A stretch of DNA of 64,000 nucleotides from Phycisphaerae bacterium. GTDB taxonomy: Bacteria; Planctomycetota; Phycisphaerae; FEN-1346; JAACEH01. Numbering within the stretch: the first letter of the stretch is position 1; every line of letters starts with the position of its first letter. Below, piece after piece: positions 18,655-27,507 of this stretch. The notes beneath the pieces were generated by a model. It was given only the letters and a program-made list of their open reading frames with translations. It made no database searches and was not told the DNA's origin. The translations under genes and the position numbers were made by a program. Location of the stretch: assembly GCA_041690105.1 (NCBI GenBank), contig JAWLHX010000003.1:29126-93125 (forward strand). The letters run 5' to 3'.

Positions 18655-21600
18655 ATGAGGTTTGGTACATTGTCTGATAACCTGCAGCAGAACAACCTGA
18701 CGCCTGAGCAGCGTGGCCTTATCGGTCGCCTTATCGGCTTCTGCCTGAAGAACCGCCTGGTGGTCTTTCTGTCCACGCTGCTGATTGCCGGCCTGGGCCT
18801 GCTTGTGGCTCCGTTCGACTGGCAGATTGAGGGCGTGGCCCGCTATCCGATTCCCGTCGACGCCATTCCGGATATTGGCGAAAATCAGCAGATTGTCTTC
18901 ACCTCCTGGCCAGGCCGCTCGCCGCAGGATGTCGAGGATCAGGTCACTTACCCGCTGACGGTCGCCCTGCAGGGTTTGCCGCAGGTAAAGGTAGTGCGCA
19001 GCGTGTCGATGTTCGGCTTCTCGTCAATCTACGTGATCTTCAATGACAATGTCGACTTCTACTGGTCGCGCTCGCGGGTGCTGGAAAAGCTGCGCAGTCT
19101 GCAGGCCGACACATTGCCCGACGACGTGCGCCCGGTGCTCGGCCCCGACGCCACGCCGCTGGGGCAGATTTACTGGTATACGCTGCAGGGTCGCGATGCC
19201 GACGGCAATCCCGCCGGCGGCTGGGACCTGGAAGAGTTGCGCACGCTGCAGGACTGGTATGTGCGCTATTGGCTGCAGGCGGCGGAAGGCGTGTCGGAAG
19301 TGGCCAGCGTGGGTGGCTATCAGCGCGAGTACCAGATTGACGTCGACCCCGATGCCATGCGGGCCTACGGCGTTACGCTGAACGATGTTTACCGGGCCGT
19401 CAAGGGCTCCAACCTGGATGTCGGGGCCCGATCGGTAGAAATTAACCGCGTCGAGTACTTCATACGCGGCATCGGTTTTATCAAGGACACCTCGGACATC
19501 GAAGACAGCGTCATCCGGGTCAACGCCGACAATGTGCCGGTGGTGGTGAGCAACGTGGCCCGGGTCAGCCTGGGGCCGGCCGAGCGTCGCGGGGCGCTGG
19601 ACAAAGGCGGATCGCAGGCCGTTGGCGGCGTGGTCGTGGCTCGTTATGGCAGCAATCCGCTGGCTGTCATTCGCAACGTAAAGCAGCGCATAGAGGAAAC
19701 TCGCGAGAGTCTGCCGACCAAGGCCGTGGTCGACTTCGGCCAGGTGGACCGCCGACAGGTGGCCGATTATGCAGCCGAGCACGGCTTCAGGGCCTTCGCC
19801 GACGATCGCTCGATGGATCACGAGGCCTGGCTTGCTCATCTGCGGAGCCAGCCGCGCGAGCAGTGGCCGGCCTGGGTCAATACCAGCACGGTTACTGTGG
19901 TGCCTTTCTACGACCGCACGGGGCTGATTTACGAGACCCTTGGCACGCTGAATTCGGCCCTTGTGCAGCAGGTGCTCATCTGCACGATTGTCGTCATCCT
20001 GATGGTCATGCACCTGCGCAGCAGCATCCTCATCAGCGGTATGCTGCCTCTGAGCATTCTGCTGACTTTCATCGGCATGCGCCTGGTGGGGGTTGACGCG
20101 AATGTGGTATCGCTGGCCGGCATTGCCATTGCCATAGGCACGGTGGTCGACGTGGGCATTGTTATTGTCGAAAACATGCTGCGCCATCTCAGCGAGGCCG
20201 CGCCCGAGGAGTCGCGCCTCAATGTGCTGCACCGGGCGGCCGCCGAGCATGGTGGGGCGGTTGTCACGGCTTCGCTGACCACCATCATCGGCTTTCTGCC
20301 AGTCTTTACGCTCACGGCGGCCGAGGGCAAAATGTTCCGCCCGCTGGCCTGGACCAACACGCTGGCCTCGGTTGCCTCCATCATCATCGCCCTGACCATA
20401 CTGCCGGCCGCGGCCTACGTGCTTTTCTGCATCAAACACCAGGACGCCAAGCTGCGGCGTCATGTTCTGCATGGACTGCTGGTGGCGGTGGGCGTGGTTG
20501 TGGGTTTCCTGCTTTCGTGGTGGGCGGGGCTGGCCCTGCTGTTTTTCGGCAGCTTCTACATTATCCGCGACATACTGCCGCAAAGGGCCGCCCGTTGGGC
20601 TCCGCGGCTGGCCAACCTGCTGGCCGTGGCCTTTGTGGGCATACTGCTGAGCTGGTATTGGGAACCACTGGGCGTGGAGCGCGGTTTGCTGCGCAATATC
20701 ATTTTCGTCGGTGGCATCCTGGGCCTGCTGCTGGGCAGCGCCTGGCTGTTTCAGCACTACTACACGCGGATTCTGGCCTGGTGCCTCGATCATAAGGCGG
20801 CCTTTCTGTCGCTGCCATTGGCCATTGCCGTGGCCGGCCTGCTGATCTGGCTGGGGCCGAAGATGTTTCTGGGCCCGCTCGACGCCACGCCGCAAATGAG
20901 CGACGCCCAGTATCAGCAGGCCTCGCTTCTGGAGCGCGGCCGCTATAACTGGAACCGAAGTGTCGACCGGGTTATCGGCGGCTTCAAAAAGGACCTCGCC
21001 CAGATTCGCAACGAGCCCTGGGCCGATGATTCGGCTCCGGCCGACCGCTGGATCAGCAATCGCGGCATTGTGGCCCGATTTAAGTGGACGCTGGCTCGCG
21101 CCTGGAACGGTATTGGCCGCGAATTCATGCCGCCGCTGGATGAGGGCTCGTACCTTTACATGCCCACCACCATGGCCCACGCCTCCATTGGCGAGGTGCT
21201 GGATGCCATGGGCAAGCAGGATATGGCCTTCCAGAATATTCCGGAAGTCGAGTCGGTGGTCGGCAAGCTGGGGCGGGCAGAGTCGGCCCTGGACCCGGCA
21301 CCTACCAGCATGATCGAGACGGTCATCAACTATAAGAGCGAGTACATTACCGACCGCAATGGCCGGCGGGTCAACTTCCGCTACGACCGATCCAGCGGCC
21401 AGTTTGCCCGCGACGACCGTGGCGAGCTGATCCCCGACCCGCGCGGCCGGCCGTTCCGCCAGTGGCGCGACCATATCCGCACGCCGGACGACATCTGGGA
21501 CGAAATCCTGATGGCTGCCGAAATTACCGGCACCACCTCGGCCCCGCGCCTGCAACCGATTGCTGCCCGTATTGTGATGCTGCAGAGCGGCATGCGGGCG

Positions 21601-22776
21601 CCCATGGGTGTAAAGGTGACCGGGCCCAGCCTGGAGGCCATCGAAGACTTTGCCCGGCAGATCGAAACTCATCTGAAGGACGTGCCGACCGTCATGGCCG
21701 ATGCCGTAGTGGCCGACCGTATTGTCGGTACGCCATACCTGGAGATTGTGCCCGACCGCAACGCCCTTAAGCGCTACGGCGTCACCATCGACGCTTTTCA
21801 GCAGGTGGTGGAGGTGGCCATCGGCGGCCGCCCGGTAACCCGCACAGTGGAGGGCCGCGAACGTTTCCCGGTACGCGTCCGTTACCCGCGCGAGTTGCGC
21901 AGTTCGGTCGATGATATCGACGGCATTCTCTTCAGCGGGTCGGGCGGGGCCCAGATTCCGCTGGCCCAACTGGCCGAGATTCGCTACGTCCGCGGCCCGC
22001 AGATGATCCGCAGCGAAGACACCTTCCTGACCGGCTACGTGCTGTTCGACATGCTGCCGGGCAATGCCGAGGTGGACGTGGTAGAGGCGGCCCGCGATCA
22101 TCTGCAAAAAATGGAAGAGCAGGGCCGCTTGCTGCGCCCACGCGGAGTGAGCTACGAGTTTGCCGGCTCCTACCAGAACCAGGTGCGGGCCTCGCAGCGG
22201 CTCATGCTTATACTGCCGCTGGCCCTGCTGGTGATCTTCCTGATCATTTACCTGCAGTTTCGCCGCACGACGACCACGCTGCTGGTCTTCTCGGGCATTG
22301 CTGTCGCCTGGGCCGGCGGATTCATCATGCTGTGGCTCTACGATCAGCCCTGGTTCCTGGAGTTCAGCGTCTTCGGGGTGCCCATGCGAACGCTCTTTCA
22401 GGTGGGCACGGTCAACCTGAGCGTGGCCGTCTGGGTAGGCTTTCTGGCCCTTTTCAGCATTGCTACCGACGACGGCGTGGTCATGGGAACTTACCTGGAA
22501 CAGGTCTTCCGCGAAGATCGCCCGCGCAGCATCAGCGACATACGCAAAATGGTCGTGCTGGCCGGCAGTCGCCGCGTTCGGGCCTGCCTGATGACCACCC
22601 TGACCACCACGCTGGCCCTGCTGCCGGTCATGACCTCGCAGGGACGGGGCAGCGACATCATGTTGCCCATGGCCATACCCACCTTTGGCGGCATGACCAT
22701 CGCCATCATCACCATGCTGGTGGTGCCGGTGCTTTACGGCTGGCTCCAGGAGCGCAAGTTCCGCCGCTCGCAGTAG
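18655..22776 (+). CDS. Heavy-metal efflux RND permease (CusA/CzcA, HME family), unusually long (1373 aa)
   Basis: 12-TM RND architecture with HME-family blocks (VVENMLRHL, AIAIGTVVDVGIVIVEN); about 330 extra residues in periplasmic loops compared with ~1045-aa CusA/CzcA. The antisense 1027-aa ORF is a shadow. Confidence 0.85.
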   Translation: MRFGTLSDNLQQNNLTPEQRGLIGRLIGFCLKNRLVVFLSTLLIAGLGLLVAPFDWQIEGVARYPIPVDAIPDIGENQQIVFTSWPGRSPQDVEDQVTYPLTVALQGLPQVKVVRSVSMFGFSSIYVIFNDNVDFYWSRSRVLEKLRSLQADTLPDDVRPVLGPDATPLGQIYWYTLQGRDADGNPAGGWDLEELRTLQDWYVRYWLQAAEGVSEVASVGGYQREYQIDVDPDAMRAYGVTLNDVYRAVKGSNLDVGARSVEINRVEYFIRGIGFIKDTSDIEDSVIRVNADNVPVVVSNVARVSLGPAERRGALDKGGSQAVGGVVVARYGSNPLAVIRNVKQRIEETRESLPTKAVVDFGQVDRRQVADYAAEHGFRAFADDRSMDHEAWLAHLRSQPREQWPAWVNTSTVTVVPFYDRTGLIYETLGTLNSALVQQVLICTIVVILMVMHLRSSILISGMLPLSILLTFIGMRLVGVDANVVSLAGIAIAIGTVVDVGIVIVENMLRHLSEAAPEESRLNVLHRAAAEHGGAVVTASLTTIIGFLPVFTLTAAEGKMFRPLAWTNTLASVASIIIALTILPAAAYVLFCIKHQDAKLRRHVLHGLLVAVGVVVGFLLSWWAGLALLFFGSFYIIRDILPQRAARWAPRLANLLAVAFVGILLSWYWEPLGVERGLLRNIIFVGGILGLLLGSAWLFQHYYTRILAWCLDHKAAFLSLPLAIAVAGLLIWLGPKMFLGPLDATPQMSDAQYQQASLLERGRYNWNRSVDRVIGGFKKDLAQIRNEPWADDSAPADRWISNRGIVARFKWTLARAWNGIGREFMPPLDEGSYLYMPTTMAHASIGEVLDAMGKQDMAFQNIPEVESVVGKLGRAESALDPAPTSMIETVINYKSEYITDRNGRRVNFRYDRSSGQFARDDRGELIPDPRGRPFRQWRDHIRTPDDIWDEILMAAEITGTTSAPRLQPIAARIVMLQSGMRAPMGVKVTGPSLEAIEDFARQIETHLKDVPTVMADAVVADRIVGTPYLEIVPDRNALKRYGVTIDAFQQVVEVAIGGRPVTRTVEGRERFPVRVRYPRELRSSVDDIDGILFSGSGGAQIPLAQLAEIRYVRGPQMIRSEDTFLTGYVLFDMLPGNAEVDVVEAARDHLQKMEEQGRLLRPRGVSYEFAGSYQNQVRASQRLMLILPLALLVIFLIIYLQFRRTTTTLLVFSGIAVAWAGGFIMLWLYDQPWFLEFSVFGVPMRTLFQVGTVNLSVAVWVGFLALFSIATDDGVVMGTYLEQVFREDRPRSISDIRKMVVLAGSRRVRACLMTTLTTTLALLPVMTSQGRGSDIMLPMAIPTFGGMTIAIITMLVVPVLYGWLQERKFRRSQ

Positions 22777-22780
22777 AAGC

Positions 22781-23040
22781 CCCGTTCCTCTTCTCCTCCC
22801 GCCCTGAGCCCTGTCGAAGGGCTTGACGGGAGAGGAGTTTCTTTACACTTCTCCCTTGACGGGAGAAGGTGGACCGTAGGGCCGGATGAGGGTGCGGCCG
22901 TGGGCGCAAGAGCGAGCAATTTTCCGCGCAGCCGTCACCCCCACCTGTCTCCGGCATGTGCCGGAGACATCCTCCCCCGTCAAGGGGGAGGGGTTAGCGG
23001 CAACGGCAACGACGAACGGCAACGGCAATTGCTCTTGACA
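22781..23040. repeat. Type-2 GC-rich intergenic repeat element (copy A, with internal 40-bp duplication) plus CAACGGCAACG run
   Basis: Shares with 38750-38950: CCCGCCCTGAGC...CGAAGGGCTTGACGGGAGA...AGGTGGNCCGTAGGGCCGGATGAGGGTG...CACCCCCACCTGTCTCCG...CGGAGACATCCTCCCCCGTCAAGGGGGAGGGGTT...GGCAACGGC. Contains the hairpin CCTCCCCC-GTCAA-GGGGGAGG and the palindrome GTCTCCGGCATGTGCCGGAGAC. Confidence 0.75.
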
Positions 23041-23229
23041 GTGCGGTCGTCGCGATAACTTGTATCTGCCCCGTCAAAGCCGCCGGAGAGCGAGTTGGCC
23101 GCCCCCCGGCCGGCTTAGTCCGCTGCAAAGCGAATGCTGCAACTCGCCGCTCGCCTATTGTTCCGAACCTTTGTGACTGTATAATAAACCGACCATATTT
23201 GTTGTCTATCATCGAAGGGAAGCCTCGTA

Positions 23230-23325
23230 ATGGCCCGCGGGGCAATTATTGGAGCACTCAGCCTTTACCTGGATTTCATCAACCTCTTCCTGCTGCTGCT
23301 GCGGATTTTCGGCCGCAGGCGGTAA
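23230..23325 (+). CDS. Candidate small hydrophobic protein (31 aa, single TM, C-terminal RRR)
   Basis: ATG at 23230 with GAAGGGA purine-rich region ~12 nt upstream; encodes MARGAIIGALSLYLDFINLFLLLLRIFGRRR; ends 54 nt before the ubiD-like start. Below the ORF-track size cut-off. Confidence 0.3.
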   Translation: MARGAIIGALSLYLDFINLFLLLLRIFGRRR

Positions 23326-23379
23326 CAGGGTGCAATTTCCGAGGCAGAACGTTCGGCTGCAGCAAGTTGGAGGCGCCCC

Positions 23380-24837
23380 GTGCATTACGACAATCTGCAA
23401 CAGCTTCTGCAACGTTACGAGGCGGCCGGCGAGGTCTGCCGCATTACGGCCGAGGTCGACCCGGAGCTGGAGATTACCGAAATTGCCGACCGCCAGGTAA
23501 AGAGCGGCGGGCCGGTGCTGTGGTTCGACCGGGTTCGCGGCTCGTCCATGCCGCTGGTTATTAACACCTTCGCCTCGGCCCGTCGCACGGCCTGGGCCTT
23601 GGGAGTCGAGCATTGCGATGAGATCGGCCGGCGTATCGGCGAGTTGCTCAAGCCCCGGCGCCCTGAAGGCCTGGTCGATAAGGTCCGCAGTCTGGCCGAG
23701 GTGGTTGAACTGTCGCGCTGGGGGCCGCGACTGACCGACCGGGCCCCATGCCAGGAGGTGGTCCTGACCGGCTCCGAGGCATCGCTCGACTTACTGCCCA
23801 TACTCAAGTGCTGGCCCGGCGATGGCGGCCGATTCATCACCCTGGGCGGAGTTTACACTGCTCCTCCCGGCGGTGGCCCGCTGAATGCCGGAATGTACCG
23901 GCTTCAGGTTTACGATGCCCGCACAACCGGCATGCACATCCATGCTCATCATGACGGCTGGCGGCACTACCGGCAATGGGAACAGGCCGGCGAGCCGATG
24001 CCTGCGGCCGTGGTGCTTGGCGGCGATCCGGCGGTCATTTATGCCGCCACCGCGCCCATGCCACCGGGCCTGGACGAAATGCTGCTGGCCGGCTTCATTC
24101 GGCGAAAAGCAGTCGACATGGTCCGCTGCAAAACCGTTGACCTGCAGGTGCCGGCCCAGGCCGAGATTGTCATCGAGGGCACCGTGGCCGCCGGCGAGCG
24201 ACGCACCGAAGGCCCCTTTGGCGATCACACCGGCTATTACAGTCTGAAGGATGAGTACCCGATTTTCCGCGTCTCGGCCATTACCCATCGCCGCGATGCC
24301 ATCTACCCCACAACCATTGTCGGCCGCCCGCCAATGGAAGATTGCTTCCTGGGCAAGGCCACCGAGCGAATCTTCCTGCCGATGATGCGGACCATTCTGC
24401 CGGAGGTGGTCGATTACGACCTGCCGCTGTTTGGCGTCTTCCACAACTTCGTCTTCGTCGCCATTCGCAAGGCCTACGCTTACCATGCCCGCAAAGTCAT
24501 GCACGCCCTGTGGGGCATGGGGCAGATGATGCTGAGCAAGTTCATCATCGTGGTGGATGACGATACCGACGTGCACAGCGTGGACGAGGTTATGTGGCGG
24601 GTGGGCAACAATGTCGATCCGGAGCGCGACATCGAGTTTACGCGCGGCCCGCTCGATGCCCTGGATCATGCCAGTCCGCAGCCGCTGGCCGGATCGAAGA
24701 TGGGTATCGACGCCACCCGAAAATGGCAGGGCGAGGGCCAGGTGCGGCCGTGGCCGGACGATATTCGCATGAAGCCGGAGATTGTCGACCTGGTGACGCG
24801 CCGCTGGAAGGAATACGGTTTCGATGGCCAGGGCTGA
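23380..24837 (+). CDS. ubiD: UbiD-family decarboxylase (menaquinone/ubiquinone biosynthesis; futalosine-pathway late step)
   Basis: 485 aa with the UbiD N-terminal block (EVCRITAEVDPELEITEIADR...GGPVLWFD) and prFMN-binding region; operon context with UbiX, UbiA and UbiE. Confidence 0.85.
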   Translation: MHYDNLQQLLQRYEAAGEVCRITAEVDPELEITEIADRQVKSGGPVLWFDRVRGSSMPLVINTFASARRTAWALGVEHCDEIGRRIGELLKPRRPEGLVDKVRSLAEVVELSRWGPRLTDRAPCQEVVLTGSEASLDLLPILKCWPGDGGRFITLGGVYTAPPGGGPLNAGMYRLQVYDARTTGMHIHAHHDGWRHYRQWEQAGEPMPAAVVLGGDPAVIYAATAPMPPGLDEMLLAGFIRRKAVDMVRCKTVDLQVPAQAEIVIEGTVAAGERRTEGPFGDHTGYYSLKDEYPIFRVSAITHRRDAIYPTTIVGRPPMEDCFLGKATERIFLPMMRTILPEVVDYDLPLFGVFHNFVFVAIRKAYAYHARKVMHALWGMGQMMLSKFIIVVDDDTDVHSVDEVMWRVGNNVDPERDIEFTRGPLDALDHASPQPLAGSKMGIDATRKWQGEGQVRPWPDDIRMKPEIVDLVTRRWKEYGFDGQG

Positions 24838-25594
24838 CGAAACAGGCGCAAAGTCGGCGGCCGACGTGCAACAGATGTTCGACCAGATTGCGCCGCGGTA
24901 CGATCTGCTGAATCATCTGCTGAGCGGCGGCCTGGATGTGCTGTGGCGGAGGCGGGCGGCCCGGCTGGCCAGCCAGGGGCTCGTCGGTCAAGCGGGCGAG
25001 GCGCCGCTGGTAATCGATTTGTGTTGCGGCACTGGCGATTTATCGGCCGCCCTGGCTCGACGACTGGCGTCATCGGGCGGGGCCGCGGGGCGAGTGATAG
25101 GGCTGGATTTTTCGCCGGCCATGGTGGCCCAGGCCGTGCGAAAGTTCCGCCGGCATCGGAACTTGGAGTTTCTGGTGGGCGATGCCCTGGCGGTTCCGCT
25201 GGCGGACGGCTCGGCCAGCGCCGTGACCTGTGCCTTCGGCATGCGCAACGTGGCCAGCGTGGAATTGTTCGTCCGGCAGTGCTGTCGCCTGCTGCGTCCG
25301 GGCGGCCGGCTGGTGGTGCTGGAGTTTTTTCGCCGCCGGCGAGGTTTGCGACAATCGCTTTTCGACTTCTATTTCCGGCGCATTGTTCCTATTCTGGGGC
25401 GATGCGTATCGGGGCACCGGTCGGCTTACAGTTATCTGCCGAGCTCGGTTGCCGGATTTCTCTCGGCCGATGATTTTGCAGAAATGCTGAAGGCCGCGGG
25501 ATTGCAGCAGATTGAGACCAGAACATTGGCGGGCGGCGCGGCAACAATTGTTTGCGGCGTCACTGCAACTGATGCCGAAGGAGGCTGCAAGTGA
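24824..25594 (+). CDS. ubiE: Demethylmenaquinone/ubiquinone C-methyltransferase (UbiE/MenG family)
   Basis: FDQIAPRYDLLNHLLSGGLDVLWRR and SAM-binding VIDLCCGTGD motifs; overlaps the ubiD-like gene by 14 nt. Confidence 0.85.
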   Translation: MARADETGAKSAADVQQMFDQIAPRYDLLNHLLSGGLDVLWRRRAARLASQGLVGQAGEAPLVIDLCCGTGDLSAALARRLASSGGAAGRVIGLDFSPAMVAQAVRKFRRHRNLEFLVGDALAVPLADGSASAVTCAFGMRNVASVELFVRQCCRLLRPGGRLVVLEFFRRRRGLRQSLFDFYFRRIVPILGRCVSGHRSAYSYLPSSVAGFLSADDFAEMLKAAGLQQIETRTLAGGAATIVCGVTATDAEGGCK

Positions 25595-27507
25595 GTGGCA
25601 TGGAGTGTCCGCGCTGCTATTTTGACGAGCAAGGTGAGGCTTCAGGCGGCAGTCGGCCCTGCGGCGCGTGCGGCCGAAGCTATCGACCGGCGGTTAACGT
25701 CTACCTGGGCGTCGTCAGCCTGATCTACCTGGTTTTCGTCCGCTACATCAGCTACATACTCACCGGCGAATTCTTCAAGCTGGGCACCTGGCCGCCGCAA
25801 ACGGTCTTCGACTGGGCCCAATGGCCCATCAACGTGCAATACCGGCCCGAGTGGCACCTTATTCTCGGCGCCTTCCTTGCTCTGCTGGTGCTGGTGCCTG
25901 TCGTCATGGGATTATTGTACGGCAAGCGAGGCGGGTATCTGCTGGCTTTCATCGCCCTGGTGGCCGGCCCCTCGTGGGTGGTAGCCCTGATGCTGTTCTT
26001 CTGCGTCTGGCTGGCCGGCGGCTGGACCCTGCGCCTGCACAACAAGGTGGCCTCGGTCATCATAGGTTGCATGCCGGTCTGGATTTATTACCTTGTGACC
26101 AGTCGCCCGACCACCGAGGTGACACTGCCGGGTGCCTATTTTGTGCCGGCCGTGCTGTCCATCGTCTTCAGCCTGCTGCTCATAGCGCTGATTATCGCCC
26201 CCCTGCGCTCGCTGCGCTGGAATACGCGGGTGGTGGGCATTGCCCTGGTTGTCCTGCTGGCCTCTCCGGTCGTCTCCTACAAAATGTTTGTCGGCGAAGA
26301 CTCCATGCAGTACGCCTTTCTGGCCCGCGACTATGGCATGGACGGCGATACCTTCCGCGACTCGCATAACAGTCAGATCATTCAGGACTTGCTGGCTACG
26401 GCCGAAAAGCAGGTGGACGAGAAGCTGAGCAAGCTGGCCGCCGAGCAGGCCGACTTCGGCACCGAGCCCGACATGACAACGCCGCAGGAACGTCAGCAGA
26501 TGGTTGAGGGCGAGCTTGGCGTGCTGAAGATCGACTTCGTCATCGGCTTCCGGGCCGAGATGGATCGCCGCCGCCGGGCCGTCATCGAGCAGTCCGAGGC
26601 GTTCCTGGCCCGTTACCCCGACAGCCGCCACGTGCCGGACGTGCTTTACACAATTGCCCAGGCCCAGGACATGGAGATCGACACAAGCGCCCTGTCCGAG
26701 GCTCGGGCCGTGGCCCTGCCCATTCGCTTCGATCCGTCGCGGGCGGTGGCCGAGACCGAGACCATCTGGCAGCGTCTGCTGAAGGAGTTCGGCCAGACGA
26801 AGTACGCGGCCACGGCCATGGTCAAGCTAGCCGATCTGCAAGCCCGCCGCGGCGACTTTGCCGAAGCCGTCGGCATGTACAACGCCATGATCGAGCGCTT
26901 CGGCGACGAAATCAGGCAGCCGCTGCCCGATACCAGCAGCCTCTCGGTTTTTACCGATCTGCTGAGCGTGGGCCAGCGCCTGAAGCAGGCCCGCCGCGTG
27001 CGGCATCTGGAAGACCAGTATCGCCTGGCCCAGGCTCATCGGGCCCTGCTGCTGGCAAATTCCGACTGCCCGGCCTGTGGCGGCGAATTGCTGAAGAAAT
27101 ACCTGGGCCTTGGCCGCTACCAACCGCCGCACGAGCGACAGGCACTGCTCGGGAAGCTGATGGTCGAGTGTCCGACCGACCCGCTGGTCGATAATCTGGC
27201 TTACGAAATAGCTTTGCTGCAACCCAACGACCGGCTGCGGATGGAGGCTCTGGAGCAGGCCGTGCAGCAATATGCCGGCACCGATGGGGCCGCCCTCAGC
27301 CTTTACGAAATGGCCCGCCTGGACAGCGCCGCCGAAGACGCCTCGGCCCGCCGGTTGGAGCGAGCCCTGCGGCACTATTACGATTTGCGGCAACAGTACC
27401 CGACATTCTACCTGGCGCCGATGGTGGACAAGCAGATTGCCGTGCTGGAGCATGCCGTGCGGCGGGCCTCCTCCGGCGCAGCCAACGAATTCAGGGGTGG
27501 ACTGTGA
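25591..27507 (+). CDS. Uncharacterised 638-aa membrane protein: N-terminal Zn-ribbon, ~8 TM helices, C-terminal ~380-aa helical-repeat (TPR-like) domain; embedded in the menaquinone operon
   Basis: CPRCYFDEQ...CGACGRSY zinc ribbon; multiple hydrophobic helices between aa 30 and 260; helical repeats (YAATAMVKLADLQARRGDFAEAVGMYNAMIE...). ATGA start/stop overlaps with ubiE upstream (25591-25594) and ubiX downstream (27504-27507). Confidence 0.6.
   Translation: MSGMECPRCYFDEQGEASGGSRPCGACGRSYRPAVNVYLGVVSLIYLVFVRYISYILTGEFFKLGTWPPQTVFDWAQWPINVQYRPEWHLILGAFLALLVLVPVVMGLLYGKRGGYLLAFIALVAGPSWVVALMLFFCVWLAGGWTLRLHNKVASVIIGCMPVWIYYLVTSRPTTEVTLPGAYFVPAVLSIVFSLLLIALIIAPLRSLRWNTRVVGIALVVLLASPVVSYKMFVGEDSMQYAFLARDYGMDGDTFRDSHNSQIIQDLLATAEKQVDEKLSKLAAEQADFGTEPDMTTPQERQQMVEGELGVLKIDFVIGFRAEMDRRRRAVIEQSEAFLARYPDSRHVPDVLYTIAQAQDMEIDTSALSEARAVALPIRFDPSRAVAETETIWQRLLKEFGQTKYAATAMVKLADLQARRGDFAEAVGMYNAMIERFGDEIRQPLPDTSSLSVFTDLLSVGQRLKQARRVRHLEDQYRLAQAHRALLLANSDCPACGGELLKKYLGLGRYQPPHERQALLGKLMVECPTDPLVDNLAYEIALLQPNDRLRMEALEQAVQQYAGTDGAALSLYEMARLDSAAEDASARRLERALRHYYDLRQQYPTFYLAPMVDKQIAVLEHAVRRASSGAANEFRGGL

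Noticed and set aside
19024-22107. 1027-aa minus-strand ORF
   Set aside because: Antisense to the RND permease gene; H/R/G/A-rich low-complexity translation without motifs.
23791-24669. 292-aa minus-strand ORF
   Set aside because: Antisense to the UbiD-family gene.
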